Program-made: the position numbers and the translations under genes
Notes under the pieces: model-generated
Told to the model about the DNA's origin: nothing
Databases searched by the model: none
What the model saw: the letters and a program-made list of their open reading frames with translations, nothing else
Shown here: positions 9,222 to 18,835 of the stretch, piece by piece
Layout: the number at the start of each line of letters is the position of its first letter
Numbering within the stretch: the first letter of the stretch is position 1
Source of the DNA: an uncultured Candidatus Bathyarchaeia archaeon
GTDB taxonomy: Archaea > Thermoproteota > Bathyarchaeia > TCS64
DNA: 64,000 nucleotides
Assembly (NCBI GenBank): GCA_964487465.1
Contig: CAZAQI010000001.1
Coordinates: 1,768 to 65,767 of the forward strand
Direction: 5' to 3'

Positions 9222-9986
9222 TTACTCCTTGACAGTCTCTAGTTCATTGACCTCAACGGCACCCAGATACATTTCCTCTAGCTGTGGGTGATTCAACAAG
9301 TCAGGGGCGCTTCCCTCAAATGTGAAGTTTCCACCTCTCATCATGTATGCATAGTCGCCTACGGCCAACGCACGACGTGCACGCTGCTCAACCAGGATAA
9401 TTGGTAGACCAGTCTCTTCCGCCATTTCTTTCAACTGCTTCATGACGTCGGTAACCAGTTTAGGCATGAGGCCCGCGGTCGGCTCATCGACCATCATGAT
9501 CTTGGGGTCCCTCATGAGGACCATTCCCTCGGCTAGCATCTGGCGCTCACCGCCGCTCAAGGTACCTGCTTCACGAGGCATATAGTCCTTGAGTCTTGGG
9601 AACAGGCTGAAGACGAACTCTAGTTTATCCTGTATGACTTCTGAATCGGTCTGCGTGTAGGCAGCCATCCTCAGGTTCTCGTCCACGCTCAGGTTGCTGA
9701 ATATGTTTCCTACCTGTGGCATGTATCCGATACCCAAGTTGGTTCTCTGGTGTGCGGGTAGATTAGTAATATCATTACCCTCAAAGTGAACCTCGCCGCT
9801 ATAGACAGTAGCCAAACCCATGATCGCTTTTAGAAGGGTAGTCTTTCCGACCCCGTTGGGGCCTACAATGATTGTGACCTCCCCGTCCCTGACCTTGAAG
9901 TCAAGATCGTATATTACGTGGATTGGTCCATAGCCCACGTTTAGGCTCTTTGTTTCTAGTATGTATTTACTTCCCATCTTACTCAC
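9222..9986 (-). CDS. livF: branched-chain amino acid ABC transporter ATP-binding protein (LivF-like)
   Basis: Walker A GPNGVGKTT, signature LSGGERQML, Walker B MMVDEPTAGL. Confidence 0.85.
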   Translation of the reverse strand: MSKMGSKYILETKSLNVGYGPIHVIYDLDFKVRDGEVTIIVGPNGVGKTTLLKAIMGLATVYSGEVHFEGNDITNLPAHQRTNLGIGYMPQVGNIFSNLSVDENLRMAAYTQTDSEVIQDKLEFVFSLFPRLKDYMPREAGTLSGGERQMLAEGMVLMRDPKIMMVDEPTAGLMPKLVTDVMKQLKEMAEETGLPIILVEQRARRALAVGDYAYMMRGGNFTFEGSAPDLLNHPQLEEMYLGAVEVNELETVKE

Positions 9987-10737
9987 CTAGGTATGATTTT
10001 ATTACTTGCTCATCCGCGAAGACTTCCTCTGCGGTGCCCTCGGTTATGATCTTGCCTCTGTCCATGGCGAACACGTGGTCTGCGTACTGGGCAGCTACCT
10101 CTAATCTGTGCTCGATAACCAGGAATGTGATTCCCAGTTCATCCCTTAGCCTCAGCACGTGGCTGAAGATCTGGTGACAGAGCACAGGGTCAATACTGCC
10201 TACCGGCTCGTCGAGGAGAATGGTTTCGGCCCCTGACATTAAGGCTCGGCCAATCTCCAATAGCTTGAGCTCTCCACCGCTCAAGGTGTTGGCTGGTTTG
10301 TTCCATACGTGTCTTAGCCCAAGAACCTTTAGGAGCTCACTGGCGCGTCTTACTGCGCTGACCTCGCTATCGATCCAAGTTGGCTTGAAAAGTGACAGTG
10401 CGATGTTCTCGCCTGCGTTATCTGGCAATGCAACTAGCATGTTCTCAAGGGTCGTCAAGCTTAGGAAGGGTGATGCTATTTGGAAGGTGCGTACAAGTCC
10501 CCTCCGCGCGATCTTGTACATGTCTTCGCTCGTGATGTCTGCGTCACGATAATAGATTTTCCCTATTTCTGGTGCGAATATCCCTGAGATACAGTTAACT
10601 AGTGTTGACTTTCCGCAGCCGTTTGGCCCGACGAGCAGATAGATGCCGCCTTCCTTTAAACTGAAGCTAACGCCGTCGTTGGCTGCGAACTTGCCGAAAA
10701 ATTTGTGAACGTTATCGATTTTAAGTACTTCCGACAT
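9979..10737 (-). CDS. livG: branched-chain amino acid ABC transporter ATP-binding protein (LivG-like)
   Basis: Walker A GPNGCGKST, signature LSGGELKLLEIGRAL, and a LivG-type C-terminal extension. I chose the start at MSEVLKID (10737). Confidence 0.85.
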   Translation of the reverse strand: MSEVLKIDNVHKFFGKFAANDGVSFSLKEGGIYLLVGPNGCGKSTLVNCISGIFAPEIGKIYYRDADITSEDMYKIARRGLVRTFQIASPFLSLTTLENMLVALPDNAGENIALSLFKPTWIDSEVSAVRRASELLKVLGLRHVWNKPANTLSGGELKLLEIGRALMSGAETILLDEPVGSIDPVLCHQIFSHVLRLRDELGITFLVIEHRLEVAAQYADHVFAMDRGKIITEGTAEEVFADEQVIKSYLGE

Positions 10738-10915
10738 GTCGGCATCAACTATCCATATAGCACACATACAGGGTTTAAATAATTTTGCTGAGGAAACCCT
10801 CGTATGACTAGAGTAAAGTCAGTCTTTTTCACTAAATACATGAAAAACATAATCTAGTTAATACAATAATTACTATTTTTGTTTGTTTAAAAAAAGAAAA
10901 GGTTAGTTATTGTGC

Positions 10916-12223
10916 TTACATAGTTGGTGGGGTGTATCCCATCTCATCGGTATACCAAGTTACAGTTCCAGATACCATTTCGTATAGTCCTGAGACGTAG
11001 GGTACGACTACATCGCCCTCGTAGCGGTAGCTCCAGATCTGGTAGTTGCTTCCATATCTGTCTCCATCCTCATTCAGCCTGTTCCAGCCGCTTGCACCAA
11101 AGTTGTTGAAAGCGGTCTCATGCTGAAGTGGGATTACGTCAAGTGCCCTCGTACTTTGTGCATGCAGTATAGTCTCAGTGATTATCCAACCTATGTCATA
11201 GGTACATGCTGAATAGTAGCCATATGGCTGACTTACTAATGCATAGTATCTTTCATACAGGTTGTCGAATTTTTCAGATTCTGCTGGAGCAGCGTATGTA
11301 CTATGTACCTTTAGATGTGTTACTTGCTCTGGAGCATCGTCACAAGCCTGCTGTGACAGCGTTGTTCCGTCTGAACCGAACCAGACACTGTTATAGACCG
11401 TTGGGTAGTCTTCGGCTTGTGTCATCATGACTACGAACTCTGCGAATGAGATGATCTCTACACCTACATGCTCAGCTCCGTATTCATCAACCGCCTCAGA
11501 AAGTACATCCTCTGCGGTTTGCAGGTAGTTGCTAAACTCTGTAGCTTCTCCTGCATACCTGATACGCTCGAGAATGACTCCACCTTTCTCCTCGTACGCA
11601 GGTTCCAGTATGTTATAGATACCGTCTGCCCATGCGTCACCTCGATGGATTACTACGATCGCCTTGATTCCGTGGCTCCATAGCATCTCCGCGATGGCTG
11701 GAGCCTGGATAAGGTCTGTTGGACACATCCTTAGAAGGTTGTCATCCTCGATAGCCAGTAGTGGGCTAGTTGATGAGGCGCTCCACATCAACATATCGTT
11801 GTCGTTACAGTAACTGAGAGCTGACTGCGCCTGACTTGACCACCCGCCACCTATGAAGACTTCAATATCCATGGATTTGTATCCCTGGACTTTCTCTAGG
11901 TGGACCGCGGCTTGACTGGTCGCATCGTCAATCAGATACTCGAACTCTACGTCGTAACCCAGTTTTTCTGCGTATTCGTTGTAGTCCACTTCCATTATAT
12001 CTTGAACGTGTGGAACTGCTGTTTCTAGACCTACAGTCGTGGATGAGATGTAACCGAGTTGGACAGTCTTTCCCTCTAATGGTGCTTTAACTACCGTTGT
12101 AGGGGTTCCCTCTCCGCCTCCATCTCCGTCTCCGCTGGGTGCTAGGAAGTATCCTGCTCCAGCGCCGACTACAAGTCCGACGACTAGAAGCACAATTGCT
12201 AGTGTATTACCTTTCATTTCCAT
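10916..12223 (-). CDS. branched-chain amino acid ABC transporter substrate-binding protein, membrane-anchored
   Basis: An N-terminal TM helix is followed by a Gly/Asp-rich linker (GDGDGGGEGTPTT) and a periplasmic-binding-protein type I fold. It is co-oriented with livG and livF. Confidence 0.8.
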   Translation of the reverse strand: MEMKGNTLAIVLLVVGLVVGAGAGYFLAPSGDGDGGGEGTPTTVVKAPLEGKTVQLGYISSTTVGLETAVPHVQDIMEVDYNEYAEKLGYDVEFEYLIDDATSQAAVHLEKVQGYKSMDIEVFIGGGWSSQAQSALSYCNDNDMLMWSASSTSPLLAIEDDNLLRMCPTDLIQAPAIAEMLWSHGIKAIVVIHRGDAWADGIYNILEPAYEEKGGVILERIRYAGEATEFSNYLQTAEDVLSEAVDEYGAEHVGVEIISFAEFVVMMTQAEDYPTVYNSVWFGSDGTTLSQQACDDAPEQVTHLKVHSTYAAPAESEKFDNLYERYYALVSQPYGYYSACTYDIGWIITETILHAQSTRALDVIPLQHETAFNNFGASGWNRLNEDGDRYGSNYQIWSYRYEGDVVVPYVSGLYEMVSGTVTWYTDEMGYTPPTM

Positions 12224-12459
12224 TTATTGCTTCACCTTATGGTTTGTCGCAGAAAGAAATTACTCTCCTTACATTATATAAGGTTTTTACCGGCATTTAT
12301 TTATGTTAACTAAAGATTGAAAGATAAACGGGTTTTAAAGAGAGGAAATTGATAAAAACGGCCAAAAACACATAAAATATCTAAATATAAAAGTATATCT
12401 TGTCTAAAGATGCAAAGTATTATTAGTCCATAAATGCACAACGATGGCGGGTTTACAAC

Positions 12460-13422
12460 ATGTTAATCCCTGCAATTTGGATGGCAGCGTTAGTCTACGC
12501 ATCAGAACTAACACTGCTTAGTATCGGCTTTACACTAACGTATCTGACCGCGAAGGTACCAAACTTCGCGCACGGAACATATGCAGGTGTTGGCATCTAC
12601 GTAAGCTATACTTTTGCAAAGATCTGGGGCCTATCCCCCTACTATGGATTCCCTGTAGCCTTCATCATTGGAGGCGCAATGAGCGTACTAATCTTCAAGC
12701 TCGTTATCGGTGTCCTAACAAAGATGGGTGGTGGAGCCATCGTACTGACCATCAGCACACTGGCTATCCAGATCTTCTTAACGGCGTTCATTCAGATCTA
12801 CGCCTACTATCTGAGAGAAAGGTTCAGCACATACGCTATGGCGTTCCTGTTGAAAGAAAGCGATTTTAAACTCGCTGGATTCCCAGGAATCTTCGTTGTA
12901 TCACTGACCATTACACTCGGATCAGTACTCGCATTACACTATATGCTTACTAGAACCAAGATCGGCGTCGCCATGAGGGCGACGGCAGAAGATCCTGAAC
13001 TTGCACAAGTTCTTGGTATTAACACAGAACAGATACAGTTATTCAGCTGGTTCCTAACCGGAGGACTCGCATGTCTAGCGGGAGCTATGATCCCACTATG
13101 GTTCCAAAGCACACCAGTGTCCGGCGCCATGATTATCACAAGCATCATGGCCGGTAGTCTACTGGGTGGTTTCGAGAGCATCTACGGAAGCGTCATCGGA
13201 GGAGCCGTAGTAGGAATATCAGAGATCATGCTGACAACCTGGGGCCAAGCAATAATTGCCCCATGGATAGGCGAGTATAGACCCATAATCCCCATGGCCT
13301 TCCTGGTCGCAGTCTTACTGATTGAACCAAAAGGCTTGCAAGGAGCATGGGATAGATTTGCAGCATCAGATACAGGAGAAAAAATCCTGATATCTATTGG
13401 TTGGAAAAAGGAGTTGAAGTAA
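12460..13422 (+). CDS. livH: branched-chain amino acid ABC transporter permease (LivH-like)
   Basis: Polytopic permease. It is paralogous to the ORF at 52109. It is transcribed divergently from the binding-protein and ATPase genes. Confidence 0.85.
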   Translation: MLIPAIWMAALVYASELTLLSIGFTLTYLTAKVPNFAHGTYAGVGIYVSYTFAKIWGLSPYYGFPVAFIIGGAMSVLIFKLVIGVLTKMGGGAIVLTISTLAIQIFLTAFIQIYAYYLRERFSTYAMAFLLKESDFKLAGFPGIFVVSLTITLGSVLALHYMLTRTKIGVAMRATAEDPELAQVLGINTEQIQLFSWFLTGGLACLAGAMIPLWFQSTPVSGAMIITSIMAGSLLGGFESIYGSVIGGAVVGISEIMLTTWGQAIIAPWIGEYRPIIPMAFLVAVLLIEPKGLQGAWDRFAASDTGEKILISIGWKKELK

Positions 13423-13423
13423 A

Positions 13424-14644
13424 ATGCTACAAAATATCGCGTTTGGACTGCTTACAAGCAATGTCGCCCAGATCTCGGGAAGCTCGAGACTCATAGTCGA
13501 CATCGCCATGTATTTTGGACTTTTCGTCATTGTAGCGATGGCTCTAAACTTCCAGTACGGTAACGCAGGTATCCCGAACATGGGATGCGCTGTACAGGTT
13601 ATCGTAGGCGGCTTCACAGTAAGCGCCCTCACCACGAGATTACTATTCTTAATGGTCGAGTCAGCGGGAGTGGAGCTACAACCATGGGCAACCGACTTTG
13701 ACTGGGTCTACAATAACCCAGCAAACGTCAAGATCGCTAATGGGTACATTGCTAACCATGCCATGTTCGGCTGGTCAATGCTCCTTTTCAGCATAGCAGT
13801 CTCCCTTATCTTGGGTGCTGTTATTGGCTGGGTCATAAGTCTACCCGCCATCAGGCTCAGGGCAACTTACCTGATGATCGTCTTGATCACAATGGCGGAT
13901 GCTGCACAGATTTTCGGTAGGAACATCCCCGCAATCAGCGGTGGTACCCTCGGAATGTTCATCCCGAACATATTCGAATGGTACCCCGGGGACAGAACAG
14001 TTCTCACAGCCGTCGTCACCCTCCTTATTGGGTTAGTTAGCTTCTTCGTATTCAGAACGATGCTAAACAGCCCATACGGTAGGTTAATGAGGGCAATCCG
14101 TGAGAACGAGGTTACAGTCGGAAGCGTTGGAAAAAACGTAGTAGGCATCAGGAGAAACATCCTAATGTTCGCCAGCGGAGTCACAGCACTCAGCGGCACA
14201 CTCCTAGCCTTCTATTTCAGCTTCGTCGTCGAAGCAAACTACCAGCGAGCCTTCTGGACATACTGGCCCTGGCTAATGCTAATCCTTGGAGGCCCCGGTA
14301 ACAACGCCGGAACATTCCTTGGATGCGCATTAATCGTCGCTATGCGCCGTGTAATCATCGTAAACAAATGGTTCCTACAGGCAGTCTTCTTCTTCCCAGT
14401 TGCCTACTTTGAGGCAGTTCTTCTGGGTGTACTGCTTATCTTGGTAATCATGTTCCGTCCAAACGGATTGATCCCTGAGAAGCTACTATACATCCCAGGA
14501 GTAAACTACACCATGATGGTGCAGGAAGATGTAGAAGTTGACTGGAGAGGCACCACACAGGTAAAGAGAGGATTCTCATCAGGAATAAAGGGAATCTTCA
14601 ATGTACTGGGTGGTAGAAAAAGAATCAAGGAGGAGAAAGAATAG
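13424..14644 (+). CDS. livM: branched-chain amino acid ABC transporter permease (LivM-like)
   Basis: Polytopic permease immediately after livH, with a 1-nt intergenic gap. Confidence 0.85.
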   Translation: MLQNIAFGLLTSNVAQISGSSRLIVDIAMYFGLFVIVAMALNFQYGNAGIPNMGCAVQVIVGGFTVSALTTRLLFLMVESAGVELQPWATDFDWVYNNPANVKIANGYIANHAMFGWSMLLFSIAVSLILGAVIGWVISLPAIRLRATYLMIVLITMADAAQIFGRNIPAISGGTLGMFIPNIFEWYPGDRTVLTAVVTLLIGLVSFFVFRTMLNSPYGRLMRAIRENEVTVGSVGKNVVGIRRNILMFASGVTALSGTLLAFYFSFVVEANYQRAFWTYWPWLMLILGGPGNNAGTFLGCALIVAMRRVIIVNKWFLQAVFFFPVAYFEAVLLGVLLILVIMFRPNGLIPEKLLYIPGVNYTMMVQEDVEVDWRGTTQVKRGFSSGIKGIFNVLGGRKRIKEEKE

Positions 14645-14645
14645 A

Positions 14646-14798
14646 ATGAACAGTGATACTATTCTCTTCTGGGTAATGATCGCCCTATGGGTCATCATGC
14701 CTGCCTTCATCGTTTACGAAGAGGTACAGGAAAGAAAAGCCCTCAGAGAAGCGGAAAAAGCCTCTCAGAGGATGGAAGCTGAGAAAAAAGCCGAATAA
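14646..14798 (+). CDS. small membrane protein (one TM helix plus charged [20 protein letters not shown] tail), hypothetical
   Basis: The ATG at 14646 directly follows the livM stop. The longer ORF from 14601 overlaps livM out of frame. Confidence 0.3.
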   Translation: MNSDTILFWVMIALWVIMPAFIVYEEVQERKALREAEKASQRMEAEKKAE

Positions 14799-14804
14799 AT
14801 TCCC

Positions 14805-14824
14805 CAATTTTTTATTTATTTTAA
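14805..14824. terminator. T-rich stretch between convergent genes (archaeal oligo-T terminator candidate)
   Basis: aattttttatttatttt lies between the stops of the + strand small ORF and the - strand 122-aa ORF. Confidence 0.3.
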
Positions 14825-14847
14825 AAGAATTTTAAGGAAAAATAAGG

Positions 14848-15216
14848 TTACTCTGTTGTTAGAGTATATAGCACGCCTACTTCGCCCAGTGCTTTATCGA
14901 CTTGGGCGATTAACTCTTCAATCTGCTGGAGTGTTGGCTTGCTTGACCACTCGAACATAAAGTCATAATCACCCAGAGTCATGGATGCTTCGCTAATGAT
15001 CTTTTCTGGTTCATAGCAGTCCTTATAGGTCTTCTGCAGGTTCTGGAGATAAGAGTTCCAGTCATTTTTGTCGCTCTGCAGCCTAGTTGGATATGGCACA
15101 CATTTGTGGCTAAACTTTATCTCTGTCTTTTTTGATAGATCAACGGCTACTCCCTCTAGTTTTCTGATTGCTTTTAGTAGTGGAGGTCCATAGATCCTTA
15201 CATAACTCTTAACCAT
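14848..15216 (-). CDS. hypothetical protein (122 aa), last gene of the L44e-S27e-aIF2alpha-Nop10 transcription unit
   Basis: Clean ORF with an ATG start, 68 nt downstream of Nop10. No family recognised. Confidence 0.5.
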   Translation of the reverse strand: MVKSYVRIYGPPLLKAIRKLEGVAVDLSKKTEIKFSHKCVPYPTRLQSDKNDWNSYLQNLQKTYKDCYEPEKIISEASMTLGDYDFMFEWSSKPTLQQIEELIAQVDKALGEVGVLYTLTTE

Positions 15217-15284
15217 CGTTATCGAGTGCTATCATGGTAATAATGGTGTAAAAAGCCTTTCCAAAAAGGTGCAATCTATAATGA

Positions 15285-15455
15285 TTATTCTTCTTTTTCG
15301 GCTATTCTTTTCATCAAAATCTTGTATTTTCGGTACTTGTCATCCATGCTAAACTTGGCGGGATGAGGAGAAGCTGCTTTTCCGCCACATTTAGGGCAAA
15401 TCTCTTTGAGGGTATAAGTCTCACAGTCTCTGCACTTTCGTAGGAGCAAGACCAA
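15285..15455 (-). CDS. nop10: H/ACA ribonucleoprotein complex subunit Nop10 (56 aa, TTG start; not in supplied ORF track)
   Basis: Reverse-strand translation gives (M)VLLLRKCRDCETYTLKEICPKCGGKAASPHPAKFSMDDKYRKYKILMKRIAEKEE. This has the Nop10 zinc ribbon (C-x2-C...C-x2-C) and the PHPAKFS motif. There is no in-frame ATG. TTG at 15455 (or 15449) follows the aIF2alpha stop (15458-15460) directly. Confidence 0.75.
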   Translation of the reverse strand: MVLLLRKCRDCETYTLKEICPKCGGKAASPHPAKFSMDDKYRKYKILMKRIAEKEE

Positions 15456-15457
15456 TT

Positions 15458-16249
15458 CTACCCCCTCGAGTAACTAAAAGTGCCCTCTACGTCGTCCCAG
15501 TTCTCTCTGATACTGGCAACGGTCTTATCTAGCACGATCTCTGCTCTCTTGTAGTCATCAGCGGTTAACTCTATGTGATATCTTGGTGCGCCTAGAGTAA
15601 TTATTTCGATACTCGCGTCATTCTCTTCGGCTACGGATTCAGCTTCCACGAAAGCCATTTTTATGTCATCCACACCATCGCTGTGTAGACTGGTCATCTC
15701 TATTAATCCCTGAATAGTAACGCCTTTGATGACTATCTTTTCCTTCGCTATCGTGCTTAGGATCTCAGCGATATCATCACTTACATCTGCTTTGGTTAAT
15801 GCGGGTGCTCCCTGCTTTGATGCAGCTTCAAGTCCCTCATAGAGGCTACCATATTCTTCTACTATCTTGCTTGCCTCTGATTCATATAGTTCTTCAATGT
15901 CTCGTCCCAGATCGTGAGCTACTTGAGTAAGTAATGTCTCGGCTTTTCTAGCCTTTTTCCATTCCTCTAGTTTCTTGCGTTTATCATCTTGGTTTACTCT
16001 TCTTAGGCTCAGGTCTATCTGTTCCTTACCGGGGTCGGTTCTCAAAACCTGTAGGACTACTTTTTGGCCTGGTCTAACATGGTTTCTTATGTTTCGCACC
16101 CAGCGGCTACTGATCTCACTTATGTGAAGAAGCCCCTCTTTGCCATCGAATTCATCTAAACCAACGTATGCTCCATATGACTCGATTCGCTTTACAGTAG
16201 CTATAACTAGGTATCCTACTTCTGGCCACTCTGATAGTCCTAAACTCAT
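15458..16249 (-). CDS. eif2a: translation initiation factor 2 subunit alpha (aIF2-alpha)
   Basis: S1 domain GYLVIATVKRIESYGAYVGLDEF...GLLHISEISSRWVRNIRNHV. Its length and position in the conserved L44e-S27e-aIF2a-Nop10 cluster fit. Confidence 0.9.
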   Translation of the reverse strand: MSLGLSEWPEVGYLVIATVKRIESYGAYVGLDEFDGKEGLLHISEISSRWVRNIRNHVRPGQKVVLQVLRTDPGKEQIDLSLRRVNQDDKRKKLEEWKKARKAETLLTQVAHDLGRDIEELYESEASKIVEEYGSLYEGLEAASKQGAPALTKADVSDDIAEILSTIAKEKIVIKGVTIQGLIEMTSLHSDGVDDIKMAFVEAESVAEENDASIEIITLGAPRYHIELTADDYKRAEIVLDKTVASIRENWDDVEGTFSYSRG

Positions 16250-16254
16250 TTAAT

Positions 16255-16452
16255 TCACCCTAATACGGCGATTACTGCGCCTTTGATGTCTGCTTTTCCG
16301 CCAGTTGGCTCTGAAAGGATCTCCCCACAGGTCTGGCACTTTACTGTTGTGCTACTATGACTGAATATTATCTGCTCTGATTCGCAACTGATGCAGCGTA
16401 CCCGTAGGAACCTGCTAGTGGGTCGAGGTATTAGATGCTCCCATTCAGACAT
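16255..16452 (-). CDS. rps27e: 30S ribosomal protein S27e
   Basis: Zinc ribbon VRCISCESEQIIFSHSSTTVKCQTCGEIL. I chose the MSEWEH start at 16452, where the ATG is part of the taagATG junction with the L44e stop. Confidence 0.85.
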   Translation of the reverse strand: MSEWEHLIPRPTSRFLRVRCISCESEQIIFSHSSTTVKCQTCGEILSEPTGGKADIKGAVIAVLG

Positions 16453-16453
16453 C

Positions 16454-16729
16454 TTATACGACCTCCATCTTTCTGACGCGGATTCCTTCACGCATCATAC
16501 CATAGTCACATTCTTTACAAGTGAGGACCAGTGTTTCTTTCTTTGATACCTTCGCTTGATTATGCTGCTCGGGGAACTTTTGTCCACCGTAGCCCTTCTT
16601 ACGTGCGGCTTGTCTTCTCTCGCCCTTCTTTGCTCCAGAGCGTCTACCTGCTTTGTAGAGCTTTACATTGAACTCGGTGTGAGTCTTGCATTTAGGGCAG
16701 TAGGTCCTCATTGTTTTAGGCACTTTCAT
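16454..16729 (-). CDS. rpl44e: 50S ribosomal protein L44e
   Basis: MKVPKTMRTYCPKCKTHTEF...LTCKECDY; an L44e zinc ribbon with a basic middle region. Confidence 0.9.
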   Translation of the reverse strand: MKVPKTMRTYCPKCKTHTEFNVKLYKAGRRSGAKKGERRQAARKKGYGGQKFPEQHNQAKVSKKETLVLTCKECDYGMMREGIRVRKMEVV

Positions 16730-16827
16730 TGTTATTCTCCACCAGCTTACACATGCCTCTCCTTATTAGGTTTAACTCTTCAAGAGAGTAGTGCAGAGTA
16801 TGATATGGCTCAGTATAAAGGGTATGG

Positions 16828-17430
16828 TTAGACTTCAGCCTCTACTTTCTTAGCTACACCTCTTTTTATGAGGTTTTCAGCGTTTTGCCGGGGAATGGTA
16901 GCTAGTTCCTCTGGTTGAAAGGGGCCATATGCCTTCATGTCTATCCCCATTATCGCGGGCAGTGGCTGGACGAATCTAACCAGCATCATCTCCATCTCCT
17001 CATCGCTAGGTGGTTTAACCTCGGGGGATTCTTTTTCAACAGGTTTTTTCACAGTTCTCGGTTTTATCTGTGTTCTAGGTTGGGAGATCTCTGTGCCCTG
17101 TCTATAACCGGATATTAGTTGCCGTATATTGCTGTGGAGCTGCTGCTCTTCAGGAGTCATGGCTTTTGCATCTATGGGGAGTCCGTTTAGCTCGCTTTTT
17201 ATGATCTTGTCTAGTCGTTTTTCTCTTAATTCATTCAGTAGCTGGTTGGCGTATTGGCGCTCGGTTCGGGTAAGGTTTCCTGAGAGGGTACCTTTCTCCG
17301 TCGAGGTCTTGTTGAGTTGATTGACGTATTTTTTCATCTCGTGGAGGAAGTTATCTGATATATTCTGGAGCTCTTTTTTTTGGGTCTCGTTTTTCCAAGC
17401 TTCATGGAGTCGAGTGTATCTAGTTCTCAT
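16828..17430 (-). CDS. GINS complex subunit Gins51 (Gins15)-like protein (tentative)
   Basis: 200 aa, directly downstream of priS and overlapping it by 11 nt. An alpha-helical N-domain (FLHEMKKYVNQL...ERQYANQLLNELREKRLDKIIKSEL) is followed by a small C-terminal domain (VRFVQPLPAIMGIDMKAYGPFQPEELATIPRQNAENLI). Gins51 adjacent to priS is a known euryarchaeal arrangement. Confidence 0.5.
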   Translation of the reverse strand: MRTRYTRLHEAWKNETQKKELQNISDNFLHEMKKYVNQLNKTSTEKGTLSGNLTRTERQYANQLLNELREKRLDKIIKSELNGLPIDAKAMTPEEQQLHSNIRQLISGYRQGTEISQPRTQIKPRTVKKPVEKESPEVKPPSDEEMEMMLVRFVQPLPAIMGIDMKAYGPFQPEELATIPRQNAENLIKRGVAKKVEAEV

Positions 17431-18655
17431 TTTTCACCTTTGCTCCTTTTTTGCATAGGTAGAATAACGCGGCTTCCAGCGGCAGTATGGCTTCCTCCTC
17501 CTCATAGGGACCATACTCTGTGTCCAGTATTTTGATTTTTGGAGCCCGTAGGAATTTCAGTTTAACTGGCTCACCTCTTATGATGACTGCTTCTTGTAAA
17601 GGGTTATAATTTGGGAGTTGCCCATAGGGAATGGTCTGTACTTGCCAGCCGGTCTTACCGTGGAGGGTTTTAGGCATCCTGATTAATCTATGGATATCAG
17701 TGGTCACAACGGTGTCGATCTCTGATGCCTGTAATTTTAACGCCTGCTCCAGTATTTTTTCCAGGCTCTCAGGGTTTATGTAGGGCATCACGTTGCTGGG
17801 GTGCTTGGTTACCAGTGTATCAAGTATTTTATCTCTATTCTTAATTATTTTTGATACAGCATTTTTCTTAAGGTCAAGTTCTTTTATTTCTTCCTCGGAG
17901 GCCGTACTAAGGTAATCATAAATGGCTCTTCCAGTTCTTCCTCTCCACCCTCCTTCAGCGAGAGTAGATTTTGCACCCTTGTTTTTACGACTGAATCCCA
18001 GATATTCTCCTTCCAAGCCTATGGCCATGATATAGTCCACAATTTCTCTTCTAGCGTTTTGATCCAGGGGCTTGAATTTGTCACTATGTACGTGGACATG
18101 GTAGCCCCTGTTTCCACTGAAATTTGTGGTGAGGTTCTCTATTTTTGCCCCAAAATCAGTAATTAGTATATCAAGGAGTTTCTGGGTCTCATATTTAGCG
18201 GCCTGAAGGCATTTCTCACAGAGCCATGTCTCGGTCTTGAACTGGGCTTTACCGCACTCACATATCTCCGGGGGGTGTCCTGTGCCTTCTTCATCGCAGT
18301 TTCTACACCACCAGCGGTCATGTGTTTTCTGGCATGGAAGGTCAAAGTGGTCCGCGTCTATATCGAAGACTAGATCTGCTCCTAGCCATCCTTTTAGATT
18401 CATCTCGGCAGTGGGGTCTTCATAGTAGCTACTGCTATGGTAAGCGTGCATTGGAGCAGTGTTTCTGAGGTATTTATGAAGGTCTGTCTCGGTTGGAAGA
18501 GCTATGTGACGGTGCATACCTTTGCCTTGGAATAATATGAATGCGAATTCTCGTTTCTCTATCTCGATTGGGGTGGGCACTGTAGAGCTGTTATGCCTAT
18601 ACCATTCTTTGAAGGTTTTAGCTACGAAATTAGGGCTTCCCCAGGGCTCTTCCAT
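17420..18655 (-). CDS. priS: DNA primase small (catalytic) subunit PriS
   Basis: Catalytic LGADLVFDIDADHFD motif and a zinc knuckle CRNCDEEG...CECGK...CEKC. Confidence 0.9.
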   Translation of the reverse strand: MEEPWGSPNFVAKTFKEWYRHNSSTVPTPIEIEKREFAFILFQGKGMHRHIALPTETDLHKYLRNTAPMHAYHSSSYYEDPTAEMNLKGWLGADLVFDIDADHFDLPCQKTHDRWWCRNCDEEGTGHPPEICECGKAQFKTETWLCEKCLQAAKYETQKLLDILITDFGAKIENLTTNFSGNRGYHVHVHSDKFKPLDQNARREIVDYIMAIGLEGEYLGFSRKNKGAKSTLAEGGWRGRTGRAIYDYLSTASEEEIKELDLKKNAVSKIIKNRDKILDTLVTKHPSNVMPYINPESLEKILEQALKLQASEIDTVVTTDIHRLIRMPKTLHGKTGWQVQTIPYGQLPNYNPLQEAVIIRGEPVKLKFLRAPKIKILDTEYGPYEEEEAILPLEAALFYLCKKGAKVKNEN

Positions 18656-18835
18656 GGTACCTCAAGTAGTCTCTCAAGGTATAAATTTGGTTACTTTCGT
18701 GGATAAGTGGCGTGGATGCATTTTCCACAGGCTGGTTTATTGTATCTTACAACGTTCTCATAATATTTGCAGTAGTGTAGTCCTACTTGTTTGAGTTTTT
18801 GTTTGCGTTCATCACTGGGGGGATTCATTTCCCTT

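Noticed and set aside
15219-15284. Apparent C-terminal extension or frameshift of Nop10 (RIARKRRIIIIDCTF...) that I initially derived
   Set aside because: It came from my own mis-indexing of one sequence line by 1 nt. A careful recount gives a clean 56-aa Nop10 ending ...KRIAEKEE with stop at 15285-15287.
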